Shown piece by piece: positions 10,876 through 21,001 of a stretch of 32,000 bases of DNA (its first letter is position 1; each line of letters opens with the position of its first letter). The notes beneath the pieces are model-generated. The model was not told where the DNA came from. It saw only the letters and a list, made by a program, of their open reading frames with translations, and did not search any database. The stretch is taken from positions 180,001 to 212,000 of the forward strand of contig CP188086.1 in NCBI GenBank assembly GCA_049942765.1, written 5' to 3'. This stretch comes from Candidatus Saccharimonadota bacterium (GTDB lineage Bacteria > Pseudomonadota > Gammaproteobacteria > Enterobacterales > Enterobacteriaceae). The position numbers were made by a program, and so were the translations under genes.

Positions 10876-10882
10876 ATATTTC

Positions 10883-12595
<1,713 letters not shown>

Positions 12596-12801
12596 TTATG
12601 TAATAAAATATTAAATATTTATTGTTTATTGATAATTATTTTTTTTAAAATTTTATGTAAATTATATTACATATATGTAGTTCATTGATATTTTTATTTT
12701 TTAATTTATATTAATTAACATAAAAAATTGTAATTTTAATATTAATTATCTTGTTTAGTTTTAATATGGATGTTTAGATGTTATTTATTAGTTTAATAAT
12801 T

Positions 12802-14445
12802 TCATTCAGTATTTTTTTTGTTATTTTTTAGAGTAGTGATTTGATTAAAAACAAAATAATTATTTTTAATAGATTCCATGTAGAAGTAACCTTCTCTTTC
12901 AAATTGAAATCTGGAATATAAATCATGTTTTTTAACATTTGATTCTACAAAACCAATTTTATTAATTAAAGATGTTTTATTGATTTGGTTTAAAAAGTTT
13001 TTATCATGATCTGGATTTTTAATATGAAATAAATTATTGTATATGTTAAATATTGCTTTTTGTGCATTTTTTTGAGAAATCCAATGTATAACTCCATTTA
13101 TTTTTCTGTCAGTTGGGTTTTTACCTAATGTATTTTTATCATATGTACATAATATTGTATCTATATCATTGTTTTCATTTTTTATCACATTTGTTACTTT
13201 TATAACATATGAATGACGTAATCTCACTTCTTGGTTAATGGTTAATCTTTTATAATAGAGATGTGTTGTTTCAGAAAAATCAGATTTATCGATATATAGT
13301 TCTCGGCTAAATAATATTGTTCTAGTTCCAAATTCTGGTTTTTGAGGATGGTTAGGTACTTTTAATAGTTCATCTTTATTATCATTATAATTGATAATAA
13401 TTATTTTGATTGGGTTTAAAATAGCCATCATGCGATAGGCTGTTTGATTTAGTTCTTGTCTAATACAGGATTCTAAGAGAGATAATTCAATTGTTTGTTC
13501 TTGTTTAGTAATACCTATTTTGTTACAAAAATTTATTATTGAATTAGGTGTGTAACCTCTTTTTCGTAAACCGGATAAAGTTGGTATTCTAGGATCATCC
13601 CATCCCTTTACTATTTTTTTGTCAATTAAAATTTTCAGTTTTCTTTTAGAAAGTATAGTGTATTCTAAATTTAATCTAGAATATTCATATTGATTCGGTT
13701 TATGACTTATATTTAAGTTATTGATGATCCAATTATATATTTGTCGATTATCTGTGAACTCTAGTGTACATAATGAGTGTGAGATGTTTTCGATAGAGTC
13801 AGCAAGGCAATGACTAAAATCATATGTAGGATAAATATACCATGTTTGATGATAATTTTTGTCAGATAGAAATATAATTCTATATAAAACAGGATCTCTT
13901 AAGACAATATTATGAGATTGCATATTTATTTTTGCTCGTAAACATGCTTCTCCAGGTTTAAATTTACCTATTTTCATCTTTTCAAAAAGAATTAAATTAG
14001 TTTTAATACTGTTATTACGATAAGGACTATTCTTACCAGGTGTTGTTAAAGTACCTCGATATTCACGAATTTGTTGTTTGTTCAATAAATCTACATATGC
14101 TAAGTTTTTGTTAATAAGTTCGATTGCATAATCATAGAGTGTATTAAAATAATAAGAAGTATAAGTTATCTCTCCAGACCATTGAAAACCCAACCATCTT
14201 ATATCATCTTGTATAGATTTTATGTATTTTTTTTTTATTTTTTTTGGATTGGTGTCGTCAAATCTAAGATTACAACTTCCTTTATAATAATTAGCTAAAC
14301 CAAAATTGAGACAGAGTGCTTTTGCGTGTCCTAGATGTAAATAACCATTAGGTTCTGGTGGAAATCTTGTTTTTAAAATTTTATTTTTATTTTTTTTTAA
14401 ATCTAAATTAATGATTTTTGTTATGAAATGATGTTGTGAGTTCAT
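12802..14445 (-). CDS. glnS: glutaminyl-tRNA synthetase
   Basis: 547 aa (E. coli 554 aa) with class I motifs HLGH (RFPPEPNGYLHLGHAKA) and a KMSKS-like element (ILSKRKL). Confidence 0.95.
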   Translation of the reverse strand: MNSQHHFITKIINLDLKKNKNKILKTRFPPEPNGYLHLGHAKALCLNFGLANYYKGSCNLRFDDTNPKKIKKKYIKSIQDDIRWLGFQWSGEITYTSYYFNTLYDYAIELINKNLAYVDLLNKQQIREYRGTLTTPGKNSPYRNNSIKTNLILFEKMKIGKFKPGEACLRAKINMQSHNIVLRDPVLYRIIFLSDKNYHQTWYIYPTYDFSHCLADSIENISHSLCTLEFTDNRQIYNWIINNLNISHKPNQYEYSRLNLEYTILSKRKLKILIDKKIVKGWDDPRIPTLSGLRKRGYTPNSIINFCNKIGITKQEQTIELSLLESCIRQELNQTAYRMMAILNPIKIIIINYNDNKDELLKVPNHPQKPEFGTRTILFSRELYIDKSDFSETTHLYYKRLTINQEVRLRHSYVIKVTNVIKNENNDIDTILCTYDKNTLGKNPTDRKINGVIHWISQKNAQKAIFNIYNNLFHIKNPDHDKNFLNQINKTSLINKIGFVESNVKKHDLYSRFQFEREGYFYMESIKNNYFVFNQITTLKNNKKNTE

Positions 14446-14572
14446 ATTTTTATAATATAACTTTATTAGTTATTGTTAATTGAATTATTCTATATAATAT
14501 TTTGATGTAAAAATTGTAAAAAAAATAATTACATATTATAGATGATTTGTTACAGGATTAGTATCAATACTA

Positions 14573-14601
14573 TTGATGACAATTTAAAACTATAGTATAA
14601 T
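14573..14601 (+). promoter_or_regulatory. candidate sigma70 promoter for the tRNA Met-Leu-Gln cluster
   Basis: TTGATG (14573-14578), a 17-nt spacer, then TATAAT (14596-14601), about 68 nt upstream of tRNA-Met. TATAAT-like hexamers arise by chance very often in DNA this AT-rich, so this is weak. Confidence 0.25.
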
Positions 14602-14669
14602 ATTTTAAAAATAATTTATATTTTTTTGTATATACTATTTTTAATATATCAATTAGTAATAGTACATAT

Positions 14670-14743
14670 GGCTATGTAGCTCAGATGGTTAGAGCACAGC
14701 ACTCATAACGCTGGGGTCATGGGTTCAATTCCCGTCATAGCCA
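14670..14743 (+). tRNA. metT: tRNA-Met (CAU), elongator type
   Basis: Cloverleaf: acceptor ggctatg/catagcc, anticodon loop ctCATaa (CAT at 14704-14706), T-loop ttcaatt. It is near-identical in layout to E. coli metT/metU. No 3' CCA is encoded. There is an A:C mismatch at the last anticodon-stem pair (14701/14709). Confidence 0.92.
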
Positions 14744-14930
14744 ATACTTTATTTAATTATATTGTATACGATTTTAATGATTATTAATAATAATTGATAT
14801 TTTAATTATTAATGTATCATATTATGTATTGGTTACAGGTAGATTATTTATTTTGTAAAAATAATTTTTATTTGTATTTAATAAATTTTATTTATCAGTT
14901 AGTAATGTTAATTAAATATAGTAATATATT

Positions 14931-15012
14931 GCGGGAGTGGCGGAATTGGTAGACGCACCAGATTTAGGATCTGGCATCGAAAGATTTGCGAGTTCAAGTC
15001 TCGCTTCCCGTA
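14931..15012 (+). tRNA. leuW: tRNA-Leu (UAG)
   Basis: gcgggagtggcggaattggtagacgcaccagattTAGgatctgg... with a long variable arm and T-arm gcgag/ttcaagt/ctcgc. It is colinear with E. coli leuW. No CCA is encoded. The first acceptor pair is G1:U72. Confidence 0.92.
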
Positions 15013-15079
15013 AATATTGTTTTATCAATTGATTAATTTTGTATAGTTATAAAAAAAAGATATTCATATTAATAAAATA

Positions 15080-15150
15080 TGGGACATAGCCAAGTGGAAA
15101 GGCACCGGTTTTTGATACCGGCATCCCTGGTTCGAATCCAGGTGTCCCAG
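15080..15150 (+). tRNA. glnU: tRNA-Gln (UUG)
   Basis: tgggacatagccaagtggaaaggcaccggtttTTGataccgg...ttcgaatccaggtgtcccag is colinear with E. coli glnU/W. No CCA is encoded. Confidence 0.93.
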
Positions 15151-15449
15151 TAAAGTATTGTTATATATGGATATAATTATATATTTAATATGTGTAATAA
15201 TAAATTGTATGTAGTTTATTTATTTATTAATTTCAAAAAAAAATATTTTTAATGTTATTAAACTATATTTTTTAAAATGCATATATAAAAATATTATGTA
15301 TATAAAAATTGTTATTTTATTTTATGCTTATTATGCCAATATAGGTTTTTTTATTTTTAAGAAAATATTTAATTTTTACAATAATTCTATCAATAAAATT
15401 TTTAAAAAAATAATTGTATAGTTATAAAAATAATAGGTTTAAAAAGGTA

Positions 15450-16112
15450 ATGATTAATAAGTTAAAAAAATCTGTAGCGTTACAAGCATTAAATTATATT
15501 ACTGAAAACACTATAATTGGAATAGGTACTGGTACGACAATAAAATATTTTATTCAATCATTAGCTCATGTTAAACATTTAATAAAAGGAGTTGTATCTA
15601 GTTCATCTGTTTCTACTAAATGTTTAAATAATTTTGGGATACCTGTTTTTGATTTAAATGATGTGGGTTATTTATCTTTGTATGTAGATGGCGCAGATGA
15701 AATTAATTCCAGGTTGCAGATGATTAAAGGTGGAGGTACTGCTTTAACAAAAGAAAAAATTTTAGCTGCAGTATCAAAGAAATTCGTTTGTATTGTTGAT
15801 GAAACAAAGCAAGTAGATGTTTTAGGTAAATTTCCATTACCAATAGAAATTATTCCAATGGCATGTTCCTATATTATATCTGAACTAAATAAAATAGGTG
15901 GAACACCTAAATTACGTAAAAATGTTATTACAGAAAACGGGAATTTAATTATTGACGTTTATAATTTAAAAATTGTTAATCCTATTGATTTAGAGATAAA
16001 AATTAATGCGTTGCCTGGGGTTGTTACTGTTGGTTTATTTGCTAAAAGAAAAGCAGATATATTATTAGTAGGTACTCATAATGGTGTAAAAGAAATTATA
16101 AATAATAATTAA
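15450..16112 (+). CDS. rpiA: ribose-5-phosphate isomerase A
   Basis: The ATG at 15450 gives [25 protein letters not shown].., 220 aa (E. coli 219 aa). Conserved blocks are [35 protein letters not shown] and [10 protein letters not shown]. The track ORF begins at an upstream TTG (15414), which I regard as spurious. Confidence 0.9.
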   Translation: MINKLKKSVALQALNYITENTIIGIGTGTTIKYFIQSLAHVKHLIKGVVSSSSVSTKCLNNFGIPVFDLNDVGYLSLYVDGADEINSRLQMIKGGGTALTKEKILAAVSKKFVCIVDETKQVDVLGKFPLPIEIIPMACSYIISELNKIGGTPKLRKNVITENGNLIIDVYNLKIVNPIDLEIKINALPGVVTVGLFAKRKADILLVGTHNGVKEIINNN

Positions 16113-16337
16113 TATAAGTGGTTTGATCATTTTCGTATTGAAAAATAATTATTTTTATTTTTTAGATATAATTTTTAATTAAATGTTAGTAAATGTTATT
16201 TATTTTTTTAATATTATTATAGTGTAAAAAATTACAACAGTTTATTCTAACATAGTTAATTATATTTAAAGCAATATTTTTTGTATATAAATTTTTATAT
16301 ATTAATATTTTCTATGTAATATAAATTAGGAATTTTT

Positions 16338-16909
16338 ATGTTAGATAGTAAACAGATCAGGAATATGATTCGATCTTATCGAAATAATCTTTCTATAAAA
16401 ACTAGATATTATTCTGCTGTTAAAATTGCTGAATTAGTTCTTAAATTAGATATATTTTATTCATCTAATAATGTTGGAATATTTTTTTCTTTTGATGGAG
16501 AAATTAATACATATCCATTAATTTTAAAATTATGGTTGTATAAAAAAAATGTATTTTTACCAATAGTTACAGAAGATAATGAAAATCAGTTGATTTTTAG
16601 TCAATATTTTTATAATACTGAATTAGTGTTAAATAAATTTGGTATTTTAGAACCGAAACTTAATAAAAATTCGTTATTTTTTATAGATAATTTAGATATA
16701 ATTTTTGTACCGTTGATAGCATTTAATAATGTTGGTAATAGATTGGGAATGGGACTTGGTTTTTACGATAGGACTTTATCAAAAAAAAAAATTTTATTTC
16801 TATTGGTTTATCTTATGATTTTCAATTTTTAAATGCATTTCCAGTTTATTCATGGGATGTTCCTTTACATTCTGTTTTAACTCCTAGTAAATATATACAG
16901 TTTAATTGA
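16338..16909 (+). pseudogene. ygfA: 5-formyltetrahydrofolate cyclo-ligase, interrupted by a frameshift inside an A11 tract (16781-16791)
   Basis: The N-terminal 150 aa are colinear with E. coli YgfA/Fau (FFSFDGEINT.., EPK.., FVPLIAFNNVGNRLGMGLGFYDRTL). After the A11 run the track ORF ends at 16832. A second frame then reads ISIGLSYDFQFLNAFPVYSWDVPLHSVLTPSKYIQFN*, with its stop at 16907-16909. This matches the E. coli C-terminus (VGYAHDCQLVEKLPVEEWDIPLPAVVTPSK...). One extra A (or two fewer) joins the two parts into about 190 aa. Confidence 0.8.
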
Positions 16910-17281
16910 TTTATAAAAAATTATATTTCATATGTAATTTTTATTTCGATATATTTTTTAGGTATAAATTATTTATTACTTTAATAAGTAGTGTTTAATA
17001 TTAAAAGAATGGTAAAACAATTTAATCTTTCATTTAAGTAAATAAATTAATAAAAATAACTTTTCTTTAATAAAAATTAATTTATCGTTCATATCATATA
17101 TGTGATTATATATCGATTATTTAATTTATTTATATTAAATATTTATTAAAATAATATATTAATTTGAAATTAAGTATTTACTTAAAGTATTTTTTGTGGT
17201 TTTCATTTATTTAAATGATATATTTTATATATAAATTTATATAATATTTTATTTAATTATATTTAGTGAGATAAGAATGCA

Positions 17282-18439
17282 ATGGCTCAATATCTTTTTA
17301 CTTCGGAATCAGTATCTGAGGGGCATCCAGATAAAATTGCTGATCAAATCTCGGATTCATTACTTGATGCTATTTTAGATCAAGATCCTATTGCACATGT
17401 AGCTTGTGAAACTTATGTTAAAACTGGAATGGTTCTCATTGGTGGTGAAATTACAACAACTGCTTGGGTGGATTTCGAAGAAATAACTCGTAATACCATT
17501 AGAAATATTGGATATATTCATTCAGATACAGGATTTGATGCTAATTCCTGTGCTATTTTAAATGCTATAGGTAAACAATCATCTGATATTAAACAGGGTG
17601 TTAAACATGTTGATCCTTTTCAACAAGGCGCTGGTGATCAAGGTATTATTTTTGGTTATGCTACTAATGAAACTGATGTATTAATGCCTGCACCTATTAC
17701 TTATGCTCATCGTCTAGTTCAAAAACAAGCAGAATTAAGAAAGAATAGAACATTGCCTTGGTTAAGACCTGATGCTAAAAGTCAGGTTACATTTTTATAT
17801 GATTCAGGACATATCATTGGAATTGATACAGTTGTCGTATCTACACAACATTCTGAATTAGTATCTTATAAAGATATACAAGAATCTGTTATGGAAGAAA
17901 TCATTAAACCAGTATTACCAGTAGAGTGGTTAAGCCGAAAAACAAAATTTTTTATTAATCCAACAGGTAGATTTGTTATTGGTGGTCCAATGGGGGATTG
18001 TGGATTAACAGGGAGAAAAATAATAGTAGATACTTATGGAGGAATGTCTCGTCATGGTGGTGGTGCGTTTTCAGGAAAGGATCCATCTAAAGTAGATCGT
18101 TCTGCGGCTTATGCTGCTAGATATGTTGCTAAAAACATTGTTGCGGCTGGATTGGCTGATCGTTGTGAAATTCAATTATCATATGCAATCGGTATTGCTA
18201 ATCCTACTTCAATTATGGTAGATACATTTGGAACTGGTAAGATGAATGATAAAAATTTAATTTCTTTAATAAAGGAACATTTTGATTTAAGGCCATATGG
18301 AATTATTAACATGTTAAATTTATTAAAACCTATTTATTTAGAAACAGCTGTCTATGGACATTTTGGTAGAAATCAATTTCCATGGGAGAATATTGATAAA
18401 TCTATAGAGTTGCGTGAATCTTCTGGTTTAATATTATAA
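17282..18439 (+). CDS. metK: S-adenosylmethionine synthetase
   Basis: 385 aa (E. coli 384 aa). It is almost colinear and highly conserved: [25 protein letters not shown]..., [35 protein letters not shown]. Confidence 0.97.
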   Translation: MAQYLFTSESVSEGHPDKIADQISDSLLDAILDQDPIAHVACETYVKTGMVLIGGEITTTAWVDFEEITRNTIRNIGYIHSDTGFDANSCAILNAIGKQSSDIKQGVKHVDPFQQGAGDQGIIFGYATNETDVLMPAPITYAHRLVQKQAELRKNRTLPWLRPDAKSQVTFLYDSGHIIGIDTVVVSTQHSELVSYKDIQESVMEEIIKPVLPVEWLSRKTKFFINPTGRFVIGGPMGDCGLTGRKIIVDTYGGMSRHGGGAFSGKDPSKVDRSAAYAARYVAKNIVAAGLADRCEIQLSYAIGIANPTSIMVDTFGTGKMNDKNLISLIKEHFDLRPYGIINMLNLLKPIYLETAVYGHFGRNQFPWENIDKSIELRESSGLIL

Positions 18440-18542
18440 TTATGTTGTTAATTACTATATATTATTTAAATATAGTTAAATATTTTTTATTTTCATATTT
18501 ATAGGTTATAGGATTGTTGATTTTTAATTAAGATTATTTTAT

Positions 18543-20066
18543 TTATAGTAAAGAGTTATTCTCTATTTTTTGTTGTTTAATTAAGGATTGATTACATTCT
18601 TGAGAAAAAATTTTTTCTGAGGATTTATTCAGTAGTTTATTTTTAAATTGATAATAATATTGATTTGCTAAATCAATTCCTGATTTATGGATACCTTGAT
18701 GTAACGTTTTTTCTAATATTTGAGCAGAATATGTTAAATCTGGATTTTCAATAGATTTCATTAATTCAATACATACAAGATAGTATTGTTTACTATTGCA
18801 GTTTTTATCTAAAATATTAGCAATAAGTAATAAGTCTTGAAATATCAAGTTACTAATAGTAGCTAAGGGAAATTGTTTATATTCGTTGTACAATATAATA
18901 TGTTGTTTCGGTTTTCTACCTTCAAAAATAACACGATTCCAATTTTCGTATGTTATTTTTAATTCGTTTTTTGTCATTATAGGTGATTCTAGCATCAAAC
19001 ACCAAATTAAAAATACATCTAATAATAAAATTTGTTGTTTATTAATACCAATAGGAGTAAAGGGATTTACATCTAATGAACGTATTTCAATATATTGAAT
19101 TCCTTTTTTATATAGTGATGTTAAATAAGATTCCCCTGGATTTAATATACGTTTTGGTTTCACAGCAGTATAGAATTCATTTTCTATTTGTAAAATATTG
19201 GTGTTTATTTGATTATATTCTCCTTGTTTATTTTTTAGTCCTATTTTTTTAAATTTAGGTGAAGTTGTATGCAAGGCGTAGTTCAAATAAAACAAATATT
19301 CTTTTATGTTATTAAATGTCATGTTTAATTGTAGTTTTGATTGATTTTGATATCCTAGATTACTGAGTCTCAATGAAGTTGACCATGGTGCATAAAAATC
19401 TCCTTTATTATTTTTTTTCAAGTAATGGATGTTATTTTGTTTTTTTATAAAATAGGGTGATATCATTGGTGATGATCCAAATAGATATGGAATTAACCAT
19501 CCGAATCGATGATAATTTCTAATAATTTTTAGATATTCATTGGAAGTATTTTTTTTTGTGATGTTATTTTTTTTGTTCCATAATTTCCAAAAATTTGATG
19601 GTAGTGAAAAATTATAATGTACTCCTGAAATAGCTTGCATTGCAGAACCATATCTATTTTTTAATCCTATTCTATATAGTGATTTTTTTTTACCCAGTTT
19701 AGAATTTCCATATTGTGCTATTGGAATATTAGGTTCATAATTTAATAGATTAGGCATGCTAAATGGCCACATTCTTTCATTATCAATATATTTAGTGATA
19801 AAATGATAAGAATCGTTTAAAAAATTTATTAAATAATTAATATTATTACTACTAGGAGTAATGAACTCTAATGAACTTTCAGAGAAATCTGTTGTAATCC
19901 ATCTATTAGTTAATGGCGATCCTATAAATTTAGGAAATGGTGTAAGTGATAATTTTCCATGAATATCTATTCTTAGTGTTTCACGTTCTATTCCTCTGAG
20001 TATATTGTTTAATTCGTTTGAATTTTCTTCTAGCCATTTTAAATTATTTGATATATTGGTAATCAA
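18543..20066 (-). CDS. gshA: glutamate-cysteine ligase
   Basis: 507 aa (E. coli 518 aa). MITNISNNLKWLEEN...RGIERETLRI...WITTDFSESSLEFITP...YGSAMQAISGVHYNFSLP is colinear with E. coli GshA. The start codon is TTG (20064-20066 on -), as I recall for E. coli gshA. Confidence 0.92.
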   Translation of the reverse strand: MITNISNNLKWLEENSNELNNILRGIERETLRIDIHGKLSLTPFPKFIGSPLTNRWITTDFSESSLEFITPSSNNINYLINFLNDSYHFITKYIDNERMWPFSMPNLLNYEPNIPIAQYGNSKLGKKKSLYRIGLKNRYGSAMQAISGVHYNFSLPSNFWKLWNKKNNITKKNTSNEYLKIIRNYHRFGWLIPYLFGSSPMISPYFIKKQNNIHYLKKNNKGDFYAPWSTSLRLSNLGYQNQSKLQLNMTFNNIKEYLFYLNYALHTTSPKFKKIGLKNKQGEYNQINTNILQIENEFYTAVKPKRILNPGESYLTSLYKKGIQYIEIRSLDVNPFTPIGINKQQILLLDVFLIWCLMLESPIMTKNELKITYENWNRVIFEGRKPKQHIILYNEYKQFPLATISNLIFQDLLLIANILDKNCNSKQYYLVCIELMKSIENPDLTYSAQILEKTLHQGIHKSGIDLANQYYYQFKNKLLNKSSEKIFSQECNQSLIKQQKIENNSLL

Positions 20067-20243
20067 AATAACATCCTATTTTTATATATTATTGATTTTT
20101 TTAATAAGTTTTAATTAGATATTATTTATTGTTGTAATAAGTGTGAATACAATTGCATTGTATAGAACTATTAATTAATATATATAGGGAATATAATTTT
20201 TAATTATTAAATGAAATAGTAAAATATGACAATATTTATGTAT

Positions 20244-20317
20244 TGCATCCGGAAGGATTCGAACCCTCGACCTTTCGGTTCGTAGCCGAATGCTCTATCC
20301 TACTGAGCTACGGATGC
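20244..20317 (-). tRNA. argV: tRNA-Arg (ACG)
   Basis: The reverse complement gcatccgtagctcagtaggatagagcattcggctACGaaccgaaaggtcgagggttcgaatccttccggatgca is colinear with E. coli argQ/V/Y/Z. No CCA is encoded. Confidence 0.93.
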
Positions 20318-20331
20318 ATTATTAATTTTTA

Positions 20332-20420
20332 CGGTGAGAGAGGGATTCGAACCCTCGATGCTAAATATATTGCATACTCCCTTAGCAGGGGAGAGCCTTA
20401 AACCACTCGGCCATCTCACC
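20332..20420 (-). tRNA. serV: tRNA-Ser (GCU)
   Basis: The reverse complement ggtgagatggccgagtggtttaaggctctcccctGCTaagggagtatgcaatatatttagcatcgagggttcgaatccctctctcaccg has a long variable arm and is colinear with E. coli serV. No CCA is encoded. Position between csrA and tRNA-Arg matches E. coli. Confidence 0.92.
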
Positions 20421-20601
20421 TGAGATAACAATTTTAAATATGCTATGATGTTTGTATTTTAAATAATGATACGATTTTTTTCATTATAAAGCAAACAAAT
20501 TTTATGGATATATATATTTAGAAAAAAAATAATATTTTAATTGTAGATGGTAGTTGTACATTTTTTATATTTATATTTGATATGTTATTTGTATTGTATA
20601 T

Positions 20602-20636
20602 ATACGTCTTACTATTTGTATAGATGTAAGACGTAT
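20602..20636. terminator. 11-bp perfect hairpin 16 nt downstream of the csrA stop (possible terminator or 3' stabiliser)
   Basis: atacgtcttac (20602-20612), a 13-nt loop, gtaagacgtat (20626-20636). The minus-strand tail (auauacaauac) is only moderately U-rich. The plus-strand tail is T-rich, but no + strand gene lies upstream. Confidence 0.35.
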
Positions 20637-20651
20637 TATATATTTTTAGTA

Positions 20652-20831
20652 TTAGATTCGTGTTTTTTTTTCTGCTTGAATACGTTGATAAATCTCTTCT
20701 CGATGTACTGAAATTTCTTTTGGAGCATTGACTCCTAGTCTAACTTGATTTCCTTTAACACCTAGTACTGTAATAGTTATTTCATCTCCAATTACTAGTG
20801 TTTCTCCAACTCTTCGAGTTAGAATTAGCAT
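20652..20831 (-). CDS. csrA: carbon storage regulator / translational repressor CsrA
   Basis: Absent from the ORF track because it is too short. Manual translation of the minus strand gives [59 protein letters not shown] (59 aa). This is nearly identical to E. coli CsrA through residue 55. It lies between alaS and tRNA-Ser, as in E. coli. Confidence 0.93.
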   Translation of the reverse strand: MLILTRRVGETLVIGDEITITVLGVKGNQVRLGVNAPKEISVHREEIYQRIQAEKKTRI

Positions 20832-21001
20832 ACTGTGTTCCTTGCAAATATATATCGTATATAGTGAGAGTGGTGATTTTTTATTTAATATTTTTTTAAA
20901 TATGTGTATAATGCAGTGTTAATTTTTTATATTTTTCAATGTAGATATTAAAGATATAGTTATATTTAAAGTTCTAGATTGTTTTTTACATGAAAAATGA
21001 A

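Noticed and set aside
17282-18439. metK looks visibly richer in G/C than its neighbours, which could suggest horizontal acquisition.
   Set aside because: The protein is nearly colinear with enterobacterial MetK and extremely conserved. Strong purifying selection on a highly constrained enzyme explains the composition, and nothing mobile flanks the gene.
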